Of a stretch of DNA of 64,000 bases, positions 50,884 through 61,610 are shown one piece after another; position 1 is the first letter of the stretch, and each line of letters starts with the position of its first letter. Below the pieces are notes generated by a model that was not told where the DNA came from, ran no database searches, and saw nothing but the letters and a program-made list of their open reading frames with translations. The stretch comes from Lingula anatina (taxonomy: Eukaryota; Animalia; Brachiopoda): positions 59,250,788 through 59,314,787 of the forward strand of contig CM120640.1 in assembly GCA_051362555.1 (NCBI GenBank). The letters run 5' to 3'. Position numbers and translations under genes: made by a program.

Positions 50884-53800
50884 ATGTCTGCCAAGAATAC
50901 CTCATTAATTCTTCATAAGTTGCGTGGCTTGATGAAAAACAGTCACTATGTCACGGAGGAACTCCAGGCATATATTGTACCTTCAGAAGATGCTCACCAG
51001 GTATTATGTGCTTTTTGGTATTTTTCTTTAAATCATTTAAAGCAAAGTGTGTTTTTAAATATATTTGTAAGTAAATGTCAGTGTTTTAGTATGCTTTGTG
51101 CTTTTGATGACAAGTATACATATACTACTAAGAAGTGTATCATGCGATATATATATATATATATATATGGGTCAAAACACGGTATTTGAAATGTCTCTGA
51201 CGGGACATTTTAGAGACAATTTTAAAAATTACAGTTGGTAAACGATCCACATGGTTTCTTTTAAATACATTTTTATTTAGCTGGACCATAAAGGATTATG
51301 TAAAACAAGCAGCTAATTTGTATTGAAATTAATGTGGGAATGACAATCACTTAAAGGTCGGTCTCTGACGGGACATTTTTGACCCCTGTATTTTTTTACC
51401 AAAACTCCAATGCAAAATTCTCTTTGAAATTTCATTTAATCAAGACTTTTGTGATTCATATTGCAAGATAAAAGTCTTGGGAAGCAATTAATGCACAAAC
51501 AGGCCAGTTTTGTTTACTTTCCTTGGCAGCATGGGCTGTTGAGTGTAAAAAGTCACTGTCTCTGACGGGACGTCTCTGACGGGACACTTTTGGGCACTAT
51601 TGAAAAATCTTAGAAAAGAGGTTTAAAAAGCCACATTTTTGTATCTAATGAATCTTACTTGATGGTTATTGCAAAATAGCATTTCTGTACATTAGAAAAA
51701 TCACCAGATGCAATATGTTTAGAATATTAATTAATTATCATGATCGACACAGCGATAAGGCACAGTATAAAATTTTCACGTAATCCACTGTCCATTACTG
51801 AAGTTCATGATGACATAATTCAATATCAATCAACATTTTCCATGATAGTTCACATAATAAATCCTGTTTTTCAATTAGTCTTAGAACATATATCTTTTCT
51901 GCACTTTAGAGATTTTTTCAACCAGTCACATTAACAGGTGATGGAAACAAGTATATATATATATATTTTTTGTCTTTGAAAATAGTAAATATCAGTAACA
52001 TTTTTTTAAAGTTTATTTTTTATTTTTTCCACACAGAGCAGACAAATGAAATGAATCTTTCTTTCATTTAAAAGAGAAATTTGAAATCCATTATCAGTAT
52101 TTTTAAATATTAAAAAATATGCATATTTAATGTGTGTATTTGAAACCTTTCAGAGTGAGTACATAGCTCCTTGTGACTGTAGAAGAGAGTTTGTTAGTGG
52201 ATTCTCAGGGTCTGCAGGTAAGGCAAGTCAAGGTTATATACAACTTGGGAGTTCATATATTTTCTCAAAACTGAAGTTATTTAAAAAGGTGATTGGTTAT
52301 CTGAAGCTTATGTTTATTTGTGAGAAAACAGTTGAATTTGTTTCAGATTTGCTACTAGCTGGAGCTTTGGCTGTCACCTTCATTATTACAAGAATCTTGA
52401 GGTCACATAAAACGATCTATATTTGGTTGTACTAAGCTTCCATTATGGAAAAAGAAAAGAAATTTACGTTATAACAAGAACATGTTGAGATGCTAAGTAT
52501 TATATTTCAAACTCCTTTTGGTGAGAAGTGTGACTTCTTTGTCCTATCACTGAAAAAATGATAATCTATAATGAAAAGGACTGGTTAGAAAATTTGCAGA
52601 GGGCTATCAATTGCAACAAAAAATTTAGCAAGTATATTATTCATTTCATTTGTCTGTTTGTAGTCAGATTTTTGTCTGGTGATAAAATAGTTGACAAAGT
52701 GGTATTAGAAAACAAAATTCAATGCACTGCATATTGCATGATTTCAGTAAGACCATATTGTTTTCACTGTAGGATCAGCAGTTATTGTGCAAAATAAAGC
52801 AGCAATGTGGACGGATGGACGCTACTTCCTGCAGGCAGAGAGACAAATGGATGACAACTGGACTCTGATGAAGCATGGTTAGTTACCTGGTCTTGAATGT
52901 TCAGCTACATCATTTAAGCAAAGTTGTTTGACAGCTACCTAAACCATTATGTTTTGCTAAAAGTTTCAAAATGAATAAGTATTTTAAAGTTGTTAAAACT
53001 TAAATGAGTCTGCTTTTTGTCTTTGCAGGCCTTCCTGAAACTCCAACTCAAGGAGATTGGTTATCAAAGGTAATAACCATTTGTCCTCATATGCATTAAC
53101 TGTAAGTTTGTATGTTAGTTGCCCAATTGATCTTGAGGTAATGAGAACCAATGGAGGATATTAGTCATTTTCTTGGTTTCTTGTACATATATTGGGATTA
53201 GTTTATTGAAATGTAATTGTGTGAATCCAAGTAGGAGGGTTTGAGAACTTCATTTAATAGTTACTATTTCCTTATTAATTACTTTATTTATTTATTTATT
53301 TGTTTATTTTATTTATTTATTTTATTTATTATTATTATTATTTTATTATTTTTTTGGTGCCCTTAAAGATGGAATAATATACTTTTTAAACAAAGTGTAA
53401 TTTTAGTTTGATGCAATACATGGTTAAATTTTTACTATATGCTTGCAGGTGTTGCCACCAAGTGGCAAAGTTGGAGTTGATCCATTCCTGCTGTCTGCTG
53501 GTTAGAATCTATTACATATTTTATTTTGTATATTTATATTTGTAAATCATGGGATTTTAGATTTACACGAAGTACCAGAGATTTCTTGCAATTATATATT
53601 TAGATACACATAACCTTACATTTTCACAAAAATAAGGAACAAAAAGAATGACAAAGCTTTACCATTGTTAAGTGATATCTTCAATGCCTAGAAACATCAG
53701 GGATAGGCAAACTACTGTTCAGTAATACTTTCAGAGAGATGGAAAGAGTTGTCTAAGACTTTGGAATCAAATGGTCATATGTTGGTGCCGGTGGCTCAAA

Positions 53801-56800
53801 ATTTAGTGGACATTGCATGGAATGACCGACCACCTCCACCTAACAACCCTCTCATTGTGCAGCCTCTGAAATACACAGGTATAATAGTTCTGACTAGTGC
53901 TTAGAATTTTCTTATTTAAATGTAAGTGTATCAAAAATGTTAAATTTTGTAATTTTGGTATTGACAATTTTTTCCTAAACACTTATGTTAAAAAACTATT
54001 TAGGTTCTACTTGGCAGGACAAAGTTAGACAAGTAAGAGCCAAAATGAAGGAGAAAAAGGTTGGAATGCTGGTTGTTACAGCTTTGGATGAAATTGCTTG
54101 TAAGTAATCTGCAACTTTTTTAAATTGTAGAATTTTGCTTAATAATTAAAAATCATTATTCTCTTTTATACAAAGTTTCTGATTTTTAAAAGAGCAGGAG
54201 AGAATATAGAGATTTATTATTTGAAAGAAGAAACTCAGTTTTAATAAGGTTTTATGGGTACGTGGGGGGTATTGAGCAGTTTTTACCGTCAAATAGGATG
54301 GCAGAGTGAAACTAATTTGCTAAATATTAGGAAACATTCTGTCACCTACTTCACCATATTGTTTTTATGATTCAGGGCTGTTTAATTTGAGGGGATCAGA
54401 TATTGCCTACAACCCCGTGTTCTTTTCCTATGCCATTGTAAAGGAAGACATGGTCGGGTAAGCTAGCATATACCTTCTTGTTCTGTCATGTATGAAAGAT
54501 AGTTGTAGTAATGTCATTGATTGTAAATCTGTATGATGTCATTTAGTTTTGAGGAATATTTGTTTCTTGTGGAATTAATTCAACATGTTAAAATAGATAA
54601 GATCTTTAGATATTTGATTTAGATACTTTGAACTGTGTTGGTGAGCTTGGAATGCTACTTTCAGTTGAATGCCAGAATTAACCAACATCATTAATTTATT
54701 AGGCTGAAGACAACATCACTGAGTATATGAACTAAAGTGTATAGGCCACCTACATTGAATGTCATCATCTCTGTTTTATTTTTAAAGATTATGGATAGAT
54801 GAAACCAAGCTAGATGCAGCAGTTCTTCATCACCTCAATGCCGCACAACAGAATGGAGATGGCAGTGACATAACAGTTACTCTTTATCCCTATGACTCCA
54901 TAAAAGACTATATCAGTGCGTTAATGGAAGGCATAACAGGGAAAGTGTGGGTGAGTGATCATACCATGATATAGATTGATACATATTCAAATTGACTCAT
55001 TTTTTAAAGTTTTCTGCATAGACTTATGATAAAACAATTGACTATTGACTGCCAATTGTATATGCAGTCAATAGTCTATAACTATAATTAGGCAAATATA
55101 GTTTGGTGTTATCTTTTTCAGATAAGCAATAAATCTAGTTATGCCTTGGTCAGTTTGGTTCCGCAGGTAGGTCCTTACAAATTGTCTGTTTTAATTTTTA
55201 GTGTGTGTGTACATAGCATTACATTGTTGGGTATATAACGTAATGTCATATAGACTTTATGAAGTCAGTGGTATGAAAGCCTTTTAGTTTGATTTCTGCT
55301 GTATGATAGATATATTTTTTGTACGTTTTCTAGTAATTGCATGTAAATAACCTTTTTTTTTATCAACTCAAAGTGGTTATTTTAAAGAGCTACAACATTT
55401 TTATATACACGTAGAACAATCATTATGGAGAATTGAGCCCTATAGCAGAGATGAAAAGCAAAAAGAACAGCACAGAGATAGATTGTATGAAAAGAGCTCA
55501 TGTCAAAGATGCTGTTACACTATGTGAATATTTTGCTTGGTTGGAGAAGGAGGTAGGTAGCCTAGTGAAAATGTTTCAGTTGACAAAGAAAAAGGTACGG
55601 TCAAAATACTTGTGATTTCTAGACATAATCTTTAATTTTTATTTTGGAGAATGGCCATTAAAACAATAAAATTAGCTATTTATTTCTTTTGATCATAGTG
55701 AGGTTAAAATTCTTTAGGAAGCTGTCAAAGATTAGTAATTTTAAAGATTTTTTGCACTGTTCTTTCCATTAAAAGGTTCCAAAAGGCAATGTTTCAGAGA
55801 TGTCAGCTGCTGAAAAACTAGAATTGATTAAGAGGTATGTTCTATATCACATAAACTAAGTGTAAAAGCCTAAAGAAATGATGAAAAAATTCTAATAAAC
55901 AAAAAAAAAATCCTGAATATCAAAGAGAAAAAGATTTTTTTTGTATTATTTGCCTAATATTTTTCTGCAACTCTCTTTATTTTAGGCAGCAGGAAGATTA
56001 TGTGAGTTTAAGTTTTTCCACCATTTCCAGTTCAGGTCCTAACGGTGCTGTGATACACTATAGGTAAGTGGGGGGTATTGAGCAGTTTTTACTGTCAAAT
56101 AGGATAGCAGAGTGAAACTAATTTGCTAAATAATATGAAGTCTTCTTCATAATCAGACAGAACATACAGCATTGAGCTGATGAAAAACAATGTAAATACA
56201 TACATTCTTCTCTAATTATAAAAGCTTTAGATTTTTAAGTGGTTTAAAGCAGATTTAAAAAAAACATTTTGACTAATAGTTCAAAAGTGTTTTCAAATGG
56301 GATGCGAAAAAGTATTAGTTAAACTAAATCTTTGTTAATGATGCCGGATTTTCAGACCAGTCCCTGACACCAACCGTCCTCTCTCCACTGATGAGATTTA
56401 TCTGTGCGACTCTGGGGCACAGTACAGGTATGCCAGACTTGAGATTTTTTGCAATAAATGTCTCCTTATCTAGGTTTGTCTGATTTTTCCTATTTCTTTT
56501 TTCTTTTGTGTTTTCTTGTCCAACAAAAGTCCTTCCAAAGAGACATCTCGTGAGTTGTCAGTGGATGAAATGTACCTTTGTGACTCTGGAGCTCAGTACA
56601 GGTAGAAAACCATCATCTTAATGATAATATAGTTATGCTAGCAACATATGTAGCATATCAATTTGGAGAAGATTGCCTTTCGAAATCGCATATCCCAAAT
56701 CATATACCAAACCAAAATCTGAAAATTTAGAAATTATATTGTATGATGTTCAAATGTATGCATATGTGTGTCTGTCTGGTAGGCCTGATATTACGTTTGC

Positions 56801-59800
56801 AGTATGATGTATGTTTTATATACAATAGGGATGGCACAACTGATGTCACCAGGACTATGCATTTTGGTAAACCAACGGCATTCCAACAGGAGTGTTTCAC
56901 TAGAGTTCTTCAGGGCCATATAGCTTTAGCACTTGTGATATTTCCAAATAAAACCAAAGGTATGGTACTTTCACAAAACAGTTTTAGAAGTACCGTGCAT
57001 ACTGTTTTTTAGTTGCATCTTGATATATTTGATTAAATGTATATAGATTTGAGTTTCAATGGTTAACTTTAAAAAATTCATACCGTGAGTTGTCTTATGG
57101 GTCACAATTGCTTTTGTCTCGATCATAGATATTTATACACATTGTTATCATAAATATGTGGTGTATAGTATAGGTACTAATACAATGGAAAGTGTCATGA
57201 ATTTGAACTGTTGAAACATCAAAGCTCTTAATTCATGCATTCTCCTACAGGTCATATGTTGGACACCCTGGCTAGGACGGCATTATGGGAAGTTGGGCAA
57301 GATTATCTTCATGGAACAGGACATGGAGTAGGAGCTTTCCTGAATGTCCATGAAGGTATGTCACTGAAAACCTAACTTTATTCTGATATCAGCATAATGA
57401 AAGTAATAGATTCAGTTGGATGCTTAGGGAAAGAATATACTGGATGTCTTTTCCACTGGTGGCCTTATGTCTTAAAGGGACGAAGAGGAATGATGATGAT
57501 AATTTTCCTCTGTTAATACTCTTGGAAACAATATTAATGGTTTAGTACATATCCATCCTTTATTCATGTTCTGTCACTCTCTTGGAAAAAGATTTTTACA
57601 AATTAATGGCATTATTAACTTTCATTAGGCCCCTGTGGAATCAGCTACAAGTCCTTCACAGACTGCCCACTTCAGGAGGGGATGATTCTCAGCAATGGTA
57701 TGTAAAGGGGACCATTGTGACTTGGTTAAAAGGACTTTTAAGTATTAAAATAGTCCTTTAAGTCTATTGACATTCAACACATTAAGTTTATTGAAATTCA
57801 ACACAAAGAAAAAGATGGTCTAAAAGGTTAAAGTGATGGATAATAATACAGCATATACTATATAAGACTGCATGCACAAACTAACATTAAAAATGACGGG
57901 GCTGCTTGGCTTGGGTGTTATCAATTTTATTATCATCCAAAAAAATTAATCTCTCAATTTGAATTTTTTTCTTCAGAGCCTGGTTACTATGAAGATGGAC
58001 AATTTGGAATAAGGATAGAAAATTTGTTTTTAGTCAAGCAAGCAGAGACAAAGGTATACAGTGATATTGAACTTTAAATATGGAACACTAAATCTGAAGC
58101 AATGCATTTGATCTTAGGCAAGTTTTCAAATATTTGTGCTTATTATGATGAAACTACACCCCTTACTGTTTTGACAACCATTAATTAGTGATCTAATTTT
58201 AAACTTAAAAGTTTTGACATTTGTAACATCTAAGTTTTTTTCCTTAGAAAATTCTAAAAATACATATAAACTAGCTGATACCAGTCACATCAATTATTTA
58301 ACCATGATAAGAAATTATTATACATGATTTATAGAATCTCTTTATATACTATATTCTGTGTGAAAGTCTGATTTCCACACTTGCCCTGAGTCAAAGATTT
58401 TGTGACTTTAACAAAAATTTTCTGGAACAACCGGGCTCTAGAGAATGCCACATAGGTCCATAAAGCGATGACGTCATAGCATAATTACACAAAACAATGG
58501 CACATCTAATGCAATATGGAAGTTAGACAATGAAACCTTATCACCATATCAAAACAATAAATATTTATTTTTTAAGTGTTTTACATCAATAAATACAGTT
58601 AACAGTATTTGGTGTAATTTATAAATGATGCTAAATATTTTATCATGGTAATTGAGACCTTTTATTTGTTTGTGACTTGCATTTTCAACCAACATCCAGT
58701 AAAAAAACAATAAAATTAAAAACCCACCTCCCTATCCTGCCTTCAGGTGCAAAAAGAACTATGAACAATCATTTTATATTAATATATATTATAATAATTA
58801 TTATAATTATTATTATTATTTTTAATTTTAAAAAATGGGACTGAGTGGGAATTGTAGCCACTGCAGCGTGTTTGGCAGCCAAGGATGTTATCCACTGTAC
58901 AACCAAATCCTGCTGTCTGTTGTAGTGTTGTTGATTTTATATGATACCTGTCACACGGACCGAAACTTTACGGAAATTGCTTAAGGCTGGAAAATGCCTT
59001 TAAAATATGCTTTTAACAGTTATAATCAAATTCAAAGTCCATCCACTTTCTTCCCACTTCCATAAGGTATTGCTAACACCTGTCAGTTGTCAACAGATTA
59101 TTGTAGTTTGGGAGAAAAACCTGACAAGGAAACTTTGGCTTATCTGCTGTTACTATATAGATATCTGACTGTCTGAAAAAGTTATTGCTTGAATTGATTG
59201 TTAGACCAACATGTTGTCCCACACAGCATAATATCTGGAAATGTATAGAACCCACTATGTTATATACTAACAAAATACATTTTATACATGCAATTTGAAT
59301 TTGCTAGGAAAAGGGGTTTTCTCAGGAAATTTCTCAAATCAAATTTCTCAAAAAAAAAAAAAAAAAAAAATTAAAGTAAATCAAATTGAAGTAGATGATA
59401 AACCTGGTATTTAAAATATTTTACATACCTGCTTTCTTACCAAACTGATGAGTCATATTTTAAGTCATAGGGGCCATTCAGAATAGATGATCCGAGTACT
59501 AACTGATTTGCTGACTGAATATGGCCGTCCCTACTTCAAAAGTGATGCCACTGATTCCCGATGGTCTCCCCGCCTCAGTTAGTACTCAGATCATCTATTC
59601 TGAATGGCCACATAGTTTTTAGACTACATGAAATCCAAAAATATTCTGGAATGGGTTCAGTGCCAGCTTTATATTAGTCAAAACATTGAACTAGAATTGT
59701 TTGACACTCCACACTAGCAGCTGTAGGAATTTTTGATGTCTGTTACATAAATCTTTTTATTATTCTATCAGCACAACTTCAAGAACAAAGGATTCCTAAC

Positions 59801-60278
59801 TTTTGAACCTCTGACTCTGGTTCCAATACAAACAAAGATGCTGGTGCCATCCATGCTGTCACAAAAAGAGGTGAACAGTTTACTTATACAAAATTGAAAG
59901 GCACGAGTTGAATGTCTCACATAATGGGACTTTTTACTCAGTTGTACATCAGGATTTGAAGTTTAAATGCAGCATAAATGTAAAGGCATTAGTTTTTTTT
60001 TTTAACTATTAAAATTTTGTTGTCATTACACTTTAAATTCATTTGTAACTGAATTACCAGTGACATCAAAGTAGTTACATATTACAATATTACCAAATTT
60101 TTTATGTTGTGTGTCATTAAAAACAAGTTGTATTCACAATGTTTCTTCATATTCCCAGATTGACTGGCTGAATGCATACCACCTGTTATGCCGGGAAGTG
60201 GTGGGGCAAGAGCTGAAGGACCAAGATAAGCAAGAGGCATACGAGTGGATGATGAGGGAGACTGAACCATTGGGTTAA
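50884..60278 (+). CDS. XPNPEP1: Xaa-Pro aminopeptidase 1 (cytosolic aminopeptidase P, M24B)
   Basis: Exons 50884-51000, 52154-52217, 52773-52877, 53029-53069, 53449-53500, 53735-53878, 54004-54099, 54376-54457, 54788-54950, 55122-55166, 55415-55552, 55776-55834, 55986-56063, [56356-56427 or 56530-56601], 56829-56959, 57251-57355, 57629-57697, 57977-58053, 59772-59870, 60159-60278. Motifs [64 protein letters not shown]; all phases consistent; no signal peptide or GPI tail. Confidence 0.97.
51169..51951. mobile_element. Probable DNA transposon remnant inserted in (TA)n, with subterminal-type direct repeats
   Basis: Four copies of GTCTCTGACGGGAC (51193, 51361, 51558, 51572); bounded by (TA)n tracts on both sides. 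Confidence 0.45.
54262..54326 (+). repeat. 65-nt intronic hairpin element, copy 1
   Basis: 63/65 identical to 56068-56132; folds as a stem-loop. Confidence 0.85.
56068..56132 (+). repeat. 65-nt intronic hairpin element, copy 2, overlapping the 5' splice site upstream of the alternative exons
   Basis: 63/65 identical to 54262-54326. Confidence 0.85.
56356..56427 (+). CDS. XPNPEP1: XPNPEP1 alternative exon A ([23 protein letters not shown])
   Basis: 72 nt, ttcag| acceptor, |gtatgc donor, phase 2-2, open frame. Confidence 0.9.
56530..56601 (+). CDS. XPNPEP1: XPNPEP1 alternative exon B ([23 protein letters not shown]), paralogous to exon A
   Basis: 72 nt, long polypyrimidine tract plus aaaag| acceptor, |gtagaa donor, phase 2-2, open frame, synonymous divergence from exon A in the shared YLCDSGAQY codons. 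Confidence 0.85.
59470..59611. mobile_element. Short Harbinger-like MITE in an XPNPEP1 intron
   Basis: About 36-bp near-perfect TIRs (GGCCATTCAGAATAGATGATC.GAGTACTAACTGA) and ATA target-site duplication. Confidence 0.8.
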
Positions 60279-61088
60279 ACTGATGTCCTGTTCACTTTAG
60301 TTGGACTTTCATTTACATTCACAGACAGTTACGGCTTTTAAGAACTTCAAATGGCCAGGAAAGAAGACGTAAAAATATAATTTTTTTCTTAAATTTTACA
60401 AGACTATTTTTAAATTTACTGTTACTGACAGTGTTTCTAAAAGTGAATGGTCTATTGATAGTTGGCAAATTTAATATTACTATAAATAGTACATATCATT
60501 TTAAAGACATCCCAACTTACTTTCAACACTGCCATTTTTGTCAATGATATTTATCCTGTATGTGAAACCACTTGTTGCTGTCTGATTGTGCATTTCGTTA
60601 ATTATTCTGGTAGAGTATATATACTAAATTTGAAATTGTCAATTTTTCAACAGTTTATCACAACCAGAGAATAGAACTTCTATAGCATTGGTGTATTTAG
60701 ACATATTTTTTAAATATTCATTTTATTCTATCATGCACAAATGTTATGGAAAATATACATTACAAAACTGCAATGATTTATGGTTTTATTAAAATTGACA
60801 TACAGCTGACATCTTGATCACAGGTACAAATACTTCCCAATCACATACATTTCTAAAAATCATTAATTTTCTTGATACTCAGCATTCAAACTGATCTCTC
60901 TCTCTCTCTCTCTCTGACAGATACAATTGTAGTGCTTAAATGATCCTTTCCTCTTTTTAAATTGAAATATTACCATTTCACTAGATATCTCAAACTACAG
61001 AGATCTTTGATAAGCCTTCCTATGTTTGTGTCAGGACAGTAGTTCAAAATTGGGGGGAAAACTTTTTTCATAATTTGGACTAAATAAT

Positions 61089-61610
61089 TTATTGAACCCC
61101 ACAACCACTAGGTTCATTGCTGTAGCTTCTAGGCAACAAATTCTTAAGTTCCCGACGAGCAGACTCAAAATCACTGATGAAACTTTCTCTATTTTGAATG
61201 TTGTTGTAGTTGATATCATGAATAAGCTTGTTCCTCTCACGCTTCAAGCGATGCATTTTATTCTTTAACGGCAATGGCAGTGGCCTGGCTGCATGAGTAC
61301 AAGCACTCTCTATGAGATCACCTGCACAAAAAAATCCTTTGTTAGTTGAACAATGCCATGATACATATAATTGCATTACTTTAGCTGATCTTAAATTTCA
61401 AGTTTATTCTTATTCTTTTCATTTGTGTTTATCTAGTTTTGTAAATATGTACCATACATTTCAAACATCAATTGACAAAAAGGCACCACCTAGCCCATTT
61501 CCTGTTGCATTAAACTGTTCTTTTAGAATAAATTCCAATTCTTTGCTGGTTCGTATAACCAGTTCAAAATCATTTCTGCTGTAAATTGGTTCCGACTCTA
61601 TATTCCCCAT
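61089..61610 (-). CDS. 117-aa HEPN/DUF4145-like protein with predicted N-myristoylation and C-terminal CaaX motif
   Basis: Exons 61610-61490 (MGNIESEPIYSRNDFELVIRTSKELEFILKEQFNATGNGL, 121 nt, phase 1, |gtggtg) and 61321-61089 (GDLIESACTHAARPLPLPLKNKMHRLKRERNKLIHDINYNNIQNRESFISDFESARRELKNLLPRSYSNEPSGCGVQ*, ttttttgtgcag| acceptor). An acceptor (ttttcag|) lies 4 nt before the ATG and a likely non-coding exon ends at 62078 (cag|gtaggt). Confidence 0.85.

Noticed and set aside
54262-54340. Intronic hairpin as an H/ACA snoRNA or SECIS element
   Set aside because: No conserved second hairpin or ACA box in both copies; copy 2 overlaps the donor site; SECIS helix spacing is wrong and the location is intronic.
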